Made by a program: the position numbers and the translations under genes
Assembly (NCBI GenBank): GCA_021151525.1
Contig: JAGKXD010000003.1
Location: forward strand, 26,978-90,977
Reading direction: 5' to 3'
From: Cellvibrionaceae bacterium
GTDB taxonomy: Bacteria > Pseudomonadota > Gammaproteobacteria > Pseudomonadales > Cellvibrionaceae
Length of the DNA: 64,000 nt
Notes under the pieces: generated by a model
What the model was told of the DNA's origin: nothing
What the model saw: the letters and a program-made list of their open reading frames with translations, nothing else
Database searches by the model: none
Shown here: in pieces, positions 29,320 to 40,495 of the stretch
Numbering within the stretch: the stretch's first letter is position 1
How the letters are laid out: each line of letters starts with the position of its first letter

Positions 29320-29335
29320 TTTTTAATTAGGCCTA

Positions 29336-29368
29336 CAATAAAAAGCCCGCTTCGGCGGGTTTTTTATT
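29336..29368. terminator. Bidirectional terminator
   Basis: AAAAAGCCCGC-TTCG-GCGGGTTTTTT. Confidence 0.9.
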
Positions 29369-29384
29369 GCCTGAATCTTGTCAC

Positions 29385-30788
29385 TTAGTGCGGTTGGCTT
29401 GCAGCGTTAACTTTCAAGATTAAATTGAGCTGGTTGGCGATGAGCTGGAAATCCTCAAACTGGCGCGCTGAAAGCTTGTGATCATCTCCATCCGCATAGA
29501 GAATGGCTATAAGACGCTTGTCTATTTTGAGTGGGGCAAGCATGAGGTCGCTTTGAGGATTCAGGGCTGATAAGGCTCCCAGAGGCTTTATTCCCTGTGA
29601 GGGCTGGTACCAAACCGGTTGCTGCACGCGCAAGAACTCGTGTAACAACTCTCCTTTATGAAGCTTATCCAATTCAATTTTCACGCTTTGGCGCCACAGG
29701 TTGGTGCCCTTACCTGCCACATAACGTATATCAAGCGACTTGGCTTTGTAGTCCAGCATCGAAATGGTGACACGTGGAATTCCCGATCCTTCAAAGAGTG
29801 CAGCAACCGAAAGCTGCATGATCTTGGAAATATCGCCGCCTTCAAACATGATTTTATGGATTTGGTTGATATGCTGCTGGAATTCGTAACCGGTGCGAGC
29901 CTGAGGTGTTTCCTCCGCGACTTGAGTATCGGGCAAGGCTTGCAGCAAAACATCTACACCGTAGCTCTTGGCAATCACTGCAGCTTCTTCTGCCATCTGG
30001 GTAACTTGGGTTTTGGCAGCGCTAGCGGTAATGCCGCAAAGTGTCGCCATGTGTTGATAAATACGCTCCATCTCCGGCGAATTTACGCCTTTATGGATAT
30101 ATTTGCTCAATTCGTTACCCAAGTTTACGGCGCTGGCCATAGTTGTTGGGCGCACCGAATCTTCACAAGATTCGCGCGCCAGTTCACCCAGCGACCATTC
30201 CTTAATAAGACCACGATTAATCTGATTGATATCTACACCGAGAATTTCGCGTGAAATGGCAGATTCATTTTCTGGATGTAGGTTGCGGGCGATAACAAAC
30301 TGCTCTGCGGCCTCCCGACCGGTAGATAAGAGCGCAAGTTCACCGATATTGCGCAGAAGTGCAGCGATAAACACTTGTTCTTTATGTTCGCCGGTTAAAT
30401 AAGGAACCAGCGCGCGGGCTTGTACAGCCGCGTGGAAGGATTTTGCAAGGCTTTCAATCAGCAGGGCCTTAGGCTTGCCGCGTAAAAAACTGTCGATTAG
30501 GCTGCTGGCGAGGGTAATGTTTTTCAGGTTGTCAAAACCCAGCTGCACAATGCCGCGCGAAACAGTTTTGATCGGCATAAATGAACGATTGTAGTGGATG
30601 GAATTAGCTATTTTCAGGACTTTGGAGGTTAGGTTGGCATCGCGTAGGATGATTTTGGTAAGGTCATCCGTGCGACACTCGTCATCTTCGCTGAGTTCGC
30701 AAATATCCTTAACCACGGAATTCAGTGTGGGCATGTCCTGATCTGCCAGCGTTCGCATCCATGCATCTAAACCACGCAGTTCGCTCAT
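29385..30788 (-). CDS. HDOD-domain signalling protein with C-terminal GAF-like domain
   Basis: ILRDANLTSKVLKIANS, LGFDNL, AALLRNIGEL; C-terminal APLK...ILYAD. Confidence 0.85.
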   Translation of the reverse strand: MSELRGLDAWMRTLADQDMPTLNSVVKDICELSEDDECRTDDLTKIILRDANLTSKVLKIANSIHYNRSFMPIKTVSRGIVQLGFDNLKNITLASSLIDSFLRGKPKALLIESLAKSFHAAVQARALVPYLTGEHKEQVFIAALLRNIGELALLSTGREAAEQFVIARNLHPENESAISREILGVDINQINRGLIKEWSLGELARESCEDSVRPTTMASAVNLGNELSKYIHKGVNSPEMERIYQHMATLCGITASAAKTQVTQMAEEAAVIAKSYGVDVLLQALPDTQVAEETPQARTGYEFQQHINQIHKIMFEGGDISKIMQLSVAALFEGSGIPRVTISMLDYKAKSLDIRYVAGKGTNLWRQSVKIELDKLHKGELLHEFLRVQQPVWYQPSQGIKPLGALSALNPQSDLMLAPLKIDKRLIAILYADGDDHKLSARQFEDFQLIANQLNLILKVNAASQPH

Positions 30789-30866
30789 AAGCTATTTCTT
30801 GAAAGTTATTGGTATTCTCCAGTCTAGATCAGCTGTATGAGCTTGCACGGTTAAAATCGCGCCCAT

Positions 30867-30892
30867 AAAAAAACCCGCCAAAGCGGGTTTTG
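30867..30892 (-). terminator. rpmBG terminator
   Basis: AAAAAAACCCGC-CAAA-GCGGGTTTT. Confidence 0.85.
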
Positions 30893-30907
30893 AGGTTCAT
30901 CAAGCAA

Positions 30908-31063
30908 TTACTTGATTTTACCTTCTTTGTAGACCACGTGCTTACGCACAACTGGATCGTACTTTTTGATTTCCATTTTTTCTGGCATGGTGCGCTTGTT
31001 CTTGTCAGTAGTGTAGAAGTGACCAGTACCGGCGCTAGAGTTAAGACGAATTTTATCGCGCAT
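30908..31063 (-). CDS. rpmG: 50S ribosomal protein L33 (absent from ORF track)
   Basis: Manual translation [51 protein letters not shown]. Confidence 0.98.
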   Translation of the reverse strand: MRDKIRLNSSAGTGHFYTTDKNKRTMPEKMEIKKYDPVVRKHVVYKEGKIK

Positions 31064-31077
31064 GACGCTGCTCCTAA

Positions 31078-31314
31078 TTAAACTTTTTCGCCGTTTGCAC
31101 GGACTTCAGCCAAAACTGCATCGATACCGCGCTTGTCGATTACGCGCATACCTTTTGCAGAAACGCGCAAAGAAACAAAGCGCTTTTCAGCCTCAACCCA
31201 GAAACGGTGAGTGTGAAGGTTTGGCAAAAAACGACGTTTGGTGTGGTTTTTTGCGTGAGAAACATTGTTGCCGGTAATTGGACGCTTGCCGGTAACTTGA
31301 CATACTCTAGACAT
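31078..31314 (-). CDS. rpmB: 50S ribosomal protein L28
   Basis: [28 protein letters not shown]. Confidence 0.99.
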   Translation of the reverse strand: MSRVCQVTGKRPITGNNVSHAKNHTKRRFLPNLHTHRFWVEAEKRFVSLRVSAKGMRVIDKRGIDAVLAEVRANGEKV

Positions 31315-31552
31315 TCTATTGCCTCATTCAATAAATCAGCGCACTAAGCCGGCCGTTAAGTTGGCGGCGCTGGGAGCCGTTAACACAGACTAACAACCAG
31401 CTTAGAGCATTGTTGTAAGCAGCCTATTTTTCAAAATCGCGGACTGAATCAGTGGTCAGTCAGGCAAACTTCACAGGGAAATTTGTGCGGGGCGCTTCAT
31501 TTTGACACTCACTTTTAAGTAGCCAAAACAACCCTGCCGCAAAGAGCCGCGT

Positions 31553-31581
31553 TTTATACCAAAACAGGCCTTCAATAGCAA
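31553..31581 (-). promoter_or_regulatory. Putative rpmB sigma70 promoter with GC-rich discriminator
   Basis: TTGCTA-17 nt-TATAAA followed by ACGCGGC. Confidence 0.6.
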
Positions 31582-31628
31582 TGACTAGCTGTTTTTTTAG
31601 CCAAAAAAGATGAAAAAAAGCGTTAATT

Positions 31629-32303
31629 TTAAAGGAGCCCGCGCTCGGCAAAAGAAACTACCTCTTTATCGCCTACGACCATGTGATCGACGACTCGTAT
31701 ATCCACCAAATTGAGAGCGGCTTGCAGACGCTGAGTAATGCGTTGATCGGCCTGGCTCGGTTCGGCGACCCCTGAGGGGTGGTTATGAACCAGAATAACC
31801 GCTGAAGCATTGCGAGCGAGTGCCTTTTTGACGACTTCGCGCGGGTACACCGATGCGCCATCTATTGTCCCATAGAAAAGTTCGTCATAGGCAATCAGGC
31901 GGTTTTGGTTGTCGAGAAACAGTATGGCGAAGATCTCGTGCGGCTGGTGGCGCAGTTGGGCGCTTACGTAGTTGCGCACAAGATCTGGACTGGTGAGTAC
32001 ATCGCCTTCTTTAAGGCTGGCCGATAAATGCCGCCGTCCCATTTCCAGTACGGCTTGCAGCTGAGCGTATTTAGCTGAGCCCAAACCCAGGCCTTTGCAG
32101 AAATCGCTTTGGCTGGCTTCTAACAATGGGCGCAGGCCGCCGTATTCTTGGAGGAGTTCGCGGGCGAGATCGACAGCGGACTTACCGACACAGCCAACGC
32201 GCAGGAATATGGCGAGCAGTTCAGCATCTGAAAGGGCTTTGGGGCCTAAATCGAGGAGTTTTTCACGGGGGCGTTCGGCGGCAGGCCAATCGGCGATGGA
32301 CAT
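31629..32303 (-). CDS. radC: RadC / JAB-domain protein
   Basis: [28 protein letters not shown]...PSQAD, DH; start re-called at MSIADWP. Confidence 0.97.
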   Translation of the reverse strand: MSIADWPAAERPREKLLDLGPKALSDAELLAIFLRVGCVGKSAVDLARELLQEYGGLRPLLEASQSDFCKGLGLGSAKYAQLQAVLEMGRRHLSASLKEGDVLTSPDLVRNYVSAQLRHQPHEIFAILFLDNQNRLIAYDELFYGTIDGASVYPREVVKKALARNASAVILVHNHPSGVAEPSQADQRITQRLQAALNLVDIRVVDHMVVGDKEVVSFAERGLL

Positions 32304-32393
32304 AGACTTTCCTTGTAAGTGGATGAACTCCAAAACTATGGAGCGGGATATGGCTGCGGGAGAGGATGCTAAATCCGGGCGTAGTCGTCAAGC

Positions 32394-32434
32394 AAAAAAG
32401 AGGCATAACCCACAGGAGATTAGGGTTATGCCTC
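32394..32434 (-). terminator. Terminator of the secreted-protein gene
   Basis: GAGGCATAACCC...GGGTTATGCCTC followed by TTTTTT on the minus strand. Confidence 0.8.
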
Positions 32435-32464
32435 AAAGCCGGACGTGCAACCTAAATCAGAAAG

Positions 32465-33028
32465 CTATTGAATTTGTGGCTCAATCCATTGCACAACGTC
32501 TTTACTCAAATCCTTCAAGCATTTGCGGGTTGCGGCGCAGACGGTTACGCCATTGCTACCTAAATCCAAAACATCGCTCGAAGGCGTAAATTCGTTAAGT
32601 GCCATAATGGCGCAGGTGTGTTTGGCGGTAACCATATTGTCTTTACCTTTGATTAAGGCGGCGGTCACTTGTACTTTGGGCAGCTTGGAGCCTTGTTTGA
32701 CACCGAACTGACGCTCTTCGCCCCCAAGGGCTAGTTGTTCTATGTCGATGGCTAACACGGGAATAACGCCGTTAAGGATCTTGTCGGCAGTGCCTACAGG
32801 CTCCATGCGAATGCCGTTAACATGGGCTTGCTCAACGAGATTATCGACCAACACCTTATCGACATCGCACGGGAATTCAGATTGTTTGTATTTATAGCCT
32901 TTTACGTTGAAACCAAGGTTCTTGTTGACGTATACCAAAGGTGCTTTGGCGCTGAGCGGTTGTTGTTCGTTAGCGGCTGTGGCAACAATTGGAGTGAGCA
33001 GAGCCAGAATCAGAAGTGAGTATTTCAT
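32465..33028 (-). CDS. Secreted hypothetical protein with four cysteines
   Basis: Start re-called at MKYSLLILALL (signal peptide, RBS AGGT). Confidence 0.75.
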   Translation of the reverse strand: MKYSLLILALLTPIVATAANEQQPLSAKAPLVYVNKNLGFNVKGYKYKQSEFPCDVDKVLVDNLVEQAHVNGIRMEPVGTADKILNGVIPVLAIDIEQLALGGEERQFGVKQGSKLPKVQVTAALIKGKDNMVTAKHTCAIMALNEFTPSSDVLDLGSNGVTVCAATRKCLKDLSKDVVQWIEPQIQ

Positions 33029-33155
33029 AGCTTTTACCTTTAGGTTTAGTTGTGGGTGACAGCACTCCTCGGTACAGCCCGTGTGTACAACCTGAATGCG
33101 TGAATTGAATATATTGCAATTGCGGAAAAAAACACTGACCATACAAAAACCTCGC

Positions 33156-33173
33156 GCTTACCTTTTGCTTACC
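33156..33173. promoter_or_regulatory. Direct repeat GCTTACC-N4-GCTTACC (possible winged-helix binding site)
   Basis: 11-bp-periodic heptamer between divergent genes; third copy (GGTAAGC) at 33329-33335. Confidence 0.45.
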
Positions 33174-33367
33174 AAAAAATAATTCTTATAAATCAATAAG
33201 ATATAAATTTGAAGCGCGCGAGCAATACTTGTGTTTCAAGCGCTGAATCTTGCAAAATTACACTCAGGTCAGGGTTTGCTAAGCTGTTCAAGGGCATGCC
33301 CGATACATAAGAAAAATCGACTGAGAAAGGTAAGCTCCATGTACACGGATAAAGGTTGCTCTCACTG

Positions 33368-35500
33368 ATGGACGTTACTCAAGAAGCCGGATTTGGGCTG
33401 GGTGATGTCTTGGTATCGCCCTCGCATAACACCCTCAGTGCGGGTGGGAAAACGCTTAAGATTCAACCCAAGGTTATGGCTGTGCTCTATTATTTAGCGC
33501 GTCATCACGGGCGGGTGATTAGTAATGAAGAGCTGATTCGCGAATTGTGGGCAGGACGGGTTGTAACCCACGGCTCCGTGCAAAAAAGCATCAATGCTTT
33601 ACGTAGTGCATTAGTTGACGTGATGGGTGAGCAAGAAGTTATTGCGCATTACTCCAAGCGCGGTTATCAGCTCAAAATTGAGCCGCATTTTTCGGAGCTG
33701 AAGCGCGAAACTGCGCCGGCACTGGTGAACTCCGTCAATCCAGCGCCGAAAGCCTTTATTGCAAGGCGCTGGGTGAGGTTGCTTCTGTTGGTCTCGCTCA
33801 TGGTGCTTGCGGGGTTGCTGATTTATCGCAGCTTGTCAGGGCGCGTAATTGCCGTCCCCAAAAATCACAAAACCCTGTTCCACTCCACCCAAGGCTATAC
33901 CAGTGAAACGGGGCACGAGCGTAATGCTGTCCCCCATCCTGATAACGAACACGTGGCCTATATTCGTGAAAAATTTAATGCTAATCACCAAGGCGAAACC
34001 GAAAGCGAAATTGTCATTCGCAATAGTGCGGGCAAGGATTGGCATATAGCGACCAGTCAAGGTTCTTGGTTCAAGTTGGGGTGGTCACCGGCAGGACAGC
34101 ACTTGGTGGCGGTGGAAGTGAAACGGAGCGAAGGTTTGCCCTTTAGCCCGAATTTTTACGAAAAGCCCAATTATCTCTATTCATTCCATATTTTTTCTCT
34201 GGATTTGACCAATAACCGCCTGCTGGAAAAGCAGTTGCTCAGCCAATGGCAGGGGCGGATTTCCAGCGTGACTTGGTGGGATGATTCAACCTTGGAGTTT
34301 GTTGCCAAGCAAGGCCCTAATTCTAGTAATGCGCGCTATAGATACTCTATTCAGGATCAGCGGTTGACCATGCTGGAAGAGTTGGATGGCGTGACTAACC
34401 CTATTGGAAGTGCGGTGCTCAATAAGAAAACGGCCATTGCAAGTTTGCGTAAAAATGCCATCCAAATTGACTTTTTGGATGAACAACAAGCGCGCATCAG
34501 TCGTTGGCAGTTGAATGTTGCTATGGCGGATATCAGTTGGATTCCCGATGGCAGCGGTATTCTGGTCTATGCCGAAGATGAGCGAAAACTTTTCACGCTC
34601 TACCTGGATGGTGAGCAGACCCAAATTCCGCTTACGGACGTTAAAGACCGGGTTTTTTCGCGTCCGCGTTACCGCCCCGATGGTCAAGGTATTTTCTATA
34701 CCGAAGAAAAGCGTAGCTCCAATATTCTGCGAGTCGGCTTGGACGCCAAACAATCCAAAGTCACCGATAATGCAGATTTTAATTATGGCGCGAGCTTCTC
34801 CCCCGATGGCGAGCGAGTTGTTTATGCATCTGTACGCAATAACCAGATTCACTTGTGGTTGGTTGAGGCGGGTCAAGAGCGCCAGCTAACCAGTCAACCT
34901 ATCCCCAAAAAGGTAGGGAATATTGTTTGGTCGCAAGATGGGGAGTATTTGGTCTTTAGCGCCGGTTCAAGTCTTTATCGTTACAACTTCAAAACTGCCG
35001 AGACCTCGCTTTTGTCTGCGGAGGCGGAAAAAATAGAACCTATCGCCTATTTTCCTGAGAGCAACCGCTTGCTGGTGCTCAAAAACAACGGCGAAGTCAG
35101 GAATTTGTGGCGAATCAATATTCAAAATCAACAACAGAAGCAGCTGACGTTTGGTTCAGTGGGCTCTGCAACTGAATATAACGGCGATGTTTTCTTCCAA
35201 TATGTTGGCGAGCATGGGTTGTGGGTATTGCGCCAAAAAGACGATAGTTTGGAGCAAATAGCATCTAAAATCGACGAAAACAGCAAACTACTGAAACTCG
35301 ATAATAAGGGCGTTTATTTTGTGCGCGGTGGCCTCTGCCGCGAGTCGGATCTGTATTACTTCGACTTCGTCACCGCCACGACCACCACACTGCTCCCACG
35401 CGACAGCAATATAGTCTCCACCACTTCCTTCAATCCGCAAAAGGGTTTGCTGCAAACCGACTGTTACCTCGCAGAGGCCAATATAGTTCTGCTCAAGTAG
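33368..35500 (+). CDS. CadC/ToxR-like transmembrane regulator: winged HTH, TM helix, periplasmic TolB/PD40 beta-propeller
   Basis: QPKVMAVLYYLA...ELIRELW...INALRSAL...KRGYQL; single TM; repeated SPDG/WSQDG blades. Confidence 0.88.
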   Translation: MDVTQEAGFGLGDVLVSPSHNTLSAGGKTLKIQPKVMAVLYYLARHHGRVISNEELIRELWAGRVVTHGSVQKSINALRSALVDVMGEQEVIAHYSKRGYQLKIEPHFSELKRETAPALVNSVNPAPKAFIARRWVRLLLLVSLMVLAGLLIYRSLSGRVIAVPKNHKTLFHSTQGYTSETGHERNAVPHPDNEHVAYIREKFNANHQGETESEIVIRNSAGKDWHIATSQGSWFKLGWSPAGQHLVAVEVKRSEGLPFSPNFYEKPNYLYSFHIFSLDLTNNRLLEKQLLSQWQGRISSVTWWDDSTLEFVAKQGPNSSNARYRYSIQDQRLTMLEELDGVTNPIGSAVLNKKTAIASLRKNAIQIDFLDEQQARISRWQLNVAMADISWIPDGSGILVYAEDERKLFTLYLDGEQTQIPLTDVKDRVFSRPRYRPDGQGIFYTEEKRSSNILRVGLDAKQSKVTDNADFNYGASFSPDGERVVYASVRNNQIHLWLVEAGQERQLTSQPIPKKVGNIVWSQDGEYLVFSAGSSLYRYNFKTAETSLLSAEAEKIEPIAYFPESNRLLVLKNNGEVRNLWRINIQNQQQKQLTFGSVGSATEYNGDVFFQYVGEHGLWVLRQKDDSLEQIASKIDENSKLLKLDNKGVYFVRGGLCRESDLYYFDFVTATTTTLLPRDSNIVSTTSFNPQKGLLQTDCYLAEANIVLLK

Positions 35501-35576
35501 CCCGTAAGGAGCGAAGCGTATTACGGGGTGATTTTGTAGTGAAACCCCGTAATGCGTTGCACTTCTTACGGGCTAC
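35497..35576. repeat. GTAG-type REP doublet; supplies the TAG stop of the upstream gene
   Basis: GTAGCCCGTAAGGAG...TTACGGGG / CCCCGTAATG...CTTACGGGCTAC. Confidence 0.85.
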
Positions 35577-35682
35577 CCGCACGAGTGTTAGTAGTTTCTG
35601 CTTTTATTGACTGTTTCTGCAGTTAGTAGTCAGTTACATTGCGCTACAATTGCTCATTGACCATTTAAATTAAGACTTGCCT

Positions 35683-36882
35683 ATGAGTTCGCTCGCGAAT
35701 AAACGCATCCTCTTGGGGGTGACCGGTGGTATCGCCGCCTATAAAAGTGCCGATCTAGTGCGTCGTCTACAGGATGCCGGTGCCGAGGTGCATGTGGTCA
35801 TGACCGCCGCCGCGCAGGAATTTATTACCCCCCTTACCATGCAAGCGCTCTCCGGTAACCCGGTGCACACCACCCTGCTCGATCCAGCGGCAGAAGCCGG
35901 TATGGGGCATATACAGCTGGCGCGCTGGGCTGATTTGGTATTGATCGCCCCCGCCAGTGCAGATTTTATGGCGCGCTTGGTGCAGGGCCAAGGCGATGAT
36001 CTTTTAACCACAATCTGCTTGGCAACGGCAGCGCCCATCGCCATAGCGCCAGCCATGAACCAAGGTATGTGGCGCAATGCCAGTACCCAAGCCAATCTGG
36101 CCGTGTTGATTGAACGCAAAATCCATATTTTCGGCCCCGCGGCGGGCGAGCAAGCCTGCGGTGATGTTGGCCCGGGGCGGATGCTGGAGCCCTTGGCTTT
36201 AGTCGATGCCGCGGCCAGCCTTTTTACGACAGGCGCACTTGCTGGGAAAAAAGTTGTTATTACCGCCGGTCCAACGCGTGAGGCAATTGATCCGGTGCGG
36301 TACATCAGCAACCACAGTTCTGGCAAAATGGGCTACGCGCTGGCGCTGGCCGCGCTGGAGGCTGGCGCCAAGACGGTATTGATCTCCGGCCCAACCCAGT
36401 TAACGGCACCTGAGCGAGTTGAATTTATTTCGGTTACGACAGCAGAAGAAATGCTTGCCGCCAGCCTGCATGAAGCTGCCGGCTGCGATGTTTTTATTGC
36501 AGCAGCAGCCGTGGCAGATTACCGCCCAGTACACGTGGCCGCGCAAAAAATTAAAAAAACGGACGGTCTAGGCATGACGCTGGAATTGGTGAAAAATCCA
36601 GACATAGTTGCCAAAATTGCCGCCTTAGATACAAAACCTTTTACGGTTGGGTTTGCAGCAGAAAGCGAAAATCTTATTGCGCATGCACAACAAAAATTAG
36701 CGCGAAAAAATTTGAATTTAATTATTGCCAATAACATCGCCGTAACCGGTATTGGCTTTAATGCAGATGACAACGCAGTTACTGTCATAGATAGAGCGCA
36801 GCAACAGGAAATAAGCCAGCGCAGTAAAACGCAACTGGCGCGCGAACTTATAGCGCTCATTGCGAAAAAATTAACACCTTAA
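35683..36882 (+). CDS. coaBC: Phosphopantothenoylcysteine decarboxylase/ligase
   Basis: GVTGGIAAYK, PAMN, QACGDVGPGRM, TAGPTREAIDPVRYISNHSSGKMG. Confidence 0.98.
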   Translation: MSSLANKRILLGVTGGIAAYKSADLVRRLQDAGAEVHVVMTAAAQEFITPLTMQALSGNPVHTTLLDPAAEAGMGHIQLARWADLVLIAPASADFMARLVQGQGDDLLTTICLATAAPIAIAPAMNQGMWRNASTQANLAVLIERKIHIFGPAAGEQACGDVGPGRMLEPLALVDAAASLFTTGALAGKKVVITAGPTREAIDPVRYISNHSSGKMGYALALAALEAGAKTVLISGPTQLTAPERVEFISVTTAEEMLAASLHEAAGCDVFIAAAAVADYRPVHVAAQKIKKTDGLGMTLELVKNPDIVAKIAALDTKPFTVGFAAESENLIAHAQQKLARKNLNLIIANNIAVTGIGFNADDNAVTVIDRAQQQEISQRSKTQLARELIALIAKKLTP

Positions 36883-36959
36883 AATAATTGATTTTTGCGA
36901 TTGAATCATAATCACTACTTAATCAGGCCGCTGTTTAATTAGACCACTTAGGGGACACT

Positions 36960-39488
36960 GTGGACGATCTCGATAACAAAATAAAGAAGCCGGGGCTCGC
37001 ACCCATTCCGCAAATTGCCGTGCCCGCGCCATCGAGCGCAGGGTCGCGCGCCGCAGCGCGAGCACAAGAGCAGGCAAAGCGCAAAGCTCAGGCACAACAG
37101 CGTTTGCTATTTATTATGTTGGGCGCCGCTTTGGTGTTGAATTTAATTTTAGGGTATTTCTTACACGGTCTTATGGTGGGAGATGTCACCCACGCCAACG
37201 AAGATCGCTATATAAAACAAGAGTTAGAATCGGGCGCAAAAGCGGTTGGAAAATATTTAAATGATAACCAGCAAACAATAAATAACCTTGCGCAAAATAC
37301 CGCGCTTATCCAAGCCTTAAATGAAAAAAATAAAGACACCTTTACAATACTGTCTAAATCTTTTTTAGAACCCATTGAACACTCACTCGATTTTAAAATT
37401 TTAATTGCCGGCGAGTTGGATGTAGATCCAAACGGCGTGGTGCCAATACGCTTTGCTGAGTTAGATTTACTGCGGCGCGCCGAGAGAGGAGGCAAAACAT
37501 ATGCGGAAGCGGCCCTAATTAATGAGCAGTGGCAAATTCATTTTGTCGCGCCGGTCACCGCAGGAAAAGATTTGCCATTAATTGGCACAATCATGTTGAC
37601 CCTAGATGGTGAACAACTCAAAAAAATAGTGCGCGCAACCGATAGTGGATTGGGCGAAAAAGTTCTGCAGCAGAAATTCGCTAATTCACCCGCGCTGTCC
37701 ATTTTTAAATTTGGCTCGGGGGGCGCACTTCCGAGTCAAACCTTGGCTATTCCCAACAGCAACTGGGAAATTAAGTTCACCGCTTCTGATGCATTGGTTG
37801 TACGCGCCGAAGAGGCGCCCACCTTGTGGGTTCTCGCAATAGGCTGTTGTACCGCGTTAAGTTTGTTTTTAGCACTTATCTTAAGCCGCTTCCTTGCCAA
37901 AGTTGAGCAAACAGCAGAGCAACAACTCGCGCCCACGATTGCAGAAGTTACTAAAACAACAACGGCTCCAATCGCAGAAGCTGCGCCCAGCCCTATGTTC
38001 CAAAAGCAAGATATTTTGGATATTGCCGTTATTGACGAAGATGAAAACATTTTAGGCTTACACGACACGCGCAATAAAAAACAATCGATTGAAGTTGCTC
38101 CTATAGATGAGTCCAGCGTGCCTGCACATATTTTCCGCTCTTATGATATTCGTGGCATTGTCGGCAAAGATTTGGATGCAGAGCTCGCAGAAAAATTAGG
38201 TCAGGCCATAGGTAGTGAAGCCTTAGATAAGGGCGAGAGTTCGTTGATTGTTGCACGCGATGGCAGAACGCACAGTCAAGAGTTAACCAACGCGCTCATA
38301 AAAGGCATTTTGCGTTCAGGCTGTAATGTAGTGAACATCGGTGTAGTGCCTACGCCTTTAATGTATTTTGCGACTTATCACTTTTCAGATGTACGCAGCG
38401 GCGTTATGGTCACCGCAAGTCACAACCCTGCGGAGTACAATGGATTTAAAGTTGTTATCAACAATAATGCCTTAGCTGATGAGGCTGTGACCGAATTGCG
38501 TTTGCGAATTTTGCGTCAACAACTTCACCACGGCATTGGCGAAGAAAGTTTCCGCGACATTATTCCGCATTATATTGAGCGCATTTTTTCTGACGTAGCC
38601 TTAGCAGGCGATGTATCCATGGTAATCGACGCAGGCAATGCAGTAACTGGCATTGTGGCTCCACAATTGTTTGAAGAGCTCGGTTGCCAAGTAACTCCGC
38701 TTTATTGCGATTTGGATGGAACCTTCCCCAATCACGATCCAGATCCAACACAAGAACATAATTTGTTTGCGTTGATAGAAAAAGTAAAAGAAGTTAATGC
38801 GGATATTGGTGTGGCTTTTGATGGCGATGGTGATCGTTTAGTGGTGGTAACCGCTAAAGGCGACATTATTTGGCCAGATCGTCTTTTGATGTTGTTCGCT
38901 AAAGATGTTTTGTCCCGTCACCCCGGTGCAGATGTTTTGTTTGATGTGAAATGTTCGCGTCAATTGAATCAAGTGATCAGTGGTTATGGTGGTCGTCCCA
39001 TTATGTGGAAAACCGGTCACTCGCCCATGAAAGCAAAAATGGTAGAAACGGGCGCGCTTATCGGCGGTGAATATTCAGGCCATATTTTTATCAAAGATCG
39101 CTGGTATGGTTTTGATGATGGCATTTATGCCATGGCGCGCCTGTTGGAAATTATTACGCTGCGCGACCAAAGCATTGACGATATTTTCTCAGCGTTTCCG
39201 CAGCTATTAATTACACCGGAAATAAAAGTTCCGGTGCCAGATAAAGTGAAATTCGAGTTAATTAAAAAGCTAACTGAGACCGGCGATTTCCAACAGGGCA
39301 ATGTCACTAGCATTGATGGTGTGCGAGTTGATTACAGCAAAGGTTGGGGCTTGGTGCGCGCTTCTAATACATCACCGGCATTGACCTTGCGCTTTGAAGC
39401 GGAAAGCGAAGATGCGTTGGCGATTATCCAACAAATTTTTAAACGTGAGCTGCTGAAAGTTGATTCCAGTCTTGCGTTGAAATTTTAA
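36960..39488 (+). CDS. algC: Phosphomannomutase/phosphoglucomutase, long membrane-anchored form
   Basis: Two TM helices flanking a periplasmic domain, then FRSYDIRG, TASHNP, DGDGDR, GEYSGH. Confidence 0.95.
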   Translation: MDDLDNKIKKPGLAPIPQIAVPAPSSAGSRAAARAQEQAKRKAQAQQRLLFIMLGAALVLNLILGYFLHGLMVGDVTHANEDRYIKQELESGAKAVGKYLNDNQQTINNLAQNTALIQALNEKNKDTFTILSKSFLEPIEHSLDFKILIAGELDVDPNGVVPIRFAELDLLRRAERGGKTYAEAALINEQWQIHFVAPVTAGKDLPLIGTIMLTLDGEQLKKIVRATDSGLGEKVLQQKFANSPALSIFKFGSGGALPSQTLAIPNSNWEIKFTASDALVVRAEEAPTLWVLAIGCCTALSLFLALILSRFLAKVEQTAEQQLAPTIAEVTKTTTAPIAEAAPSPMFQKQDILDIAVIDEDENILGLHDTRNKKQSIEVAPIDESSVPAHIFRSYDIRGIVGKDLDAELAEKLGQAIGSEALDKGESSLIVARDGRTHSQELTNALIKGILRSGCNVVNIGVVPTPLMYFATYHFSDVRSGVMVTASHNPAEYNGFKVVINNNALADEAVTELRLRILRQQLHHGIGEESFRDIIPHYIERIFSDVALAGDVSMVIDAGNAVTGIVAPQLFEELGCQVTPLYCDLDGTFPNHDPDPTQEHNLFALIEKVKEVNADIGVAFDGDGDRLVVVTAKGDIIWPDRLLMLFAKDVLSRHPGADVLFDVKCSRQLNQVISGYGGRPIMWKTGHSPMKAKMVETGALIGGEYSGHIFIKDRWYGFDDGIYAMARLLEIITLRDQSIDDIFSAFPQLLITPEIKVPVPDKVKFELIKKLTETGDFQQGNVTSIDGVRVDYSKGWGLVRASNTSPALTLRFEAESEDALAIIQQIFKRELLKVDSSLALKF

Positions 39489-39502
39489 TGTTTATTTATT
39501 GA

Positions 39503-40420
<918 letters not shown>

Positions 40421-40495
40421 TCGTCCACAGCGGATTCAGCAGATACGGATTGCCCGTATCTGCCGGGTCTTTTACCACGGATATAGGTGCCTGCA

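Noticed and set aside
31629-32303. radC as a mobile-element marker
   Set aside because: It is the full-length chromosomal form in its usual position next to rpmB
40439-40463. Hairpin between argB and slmA as a terminator
   Set aside because: Good 10-bp stem but no adjacent U-tract; function cannot be assigned
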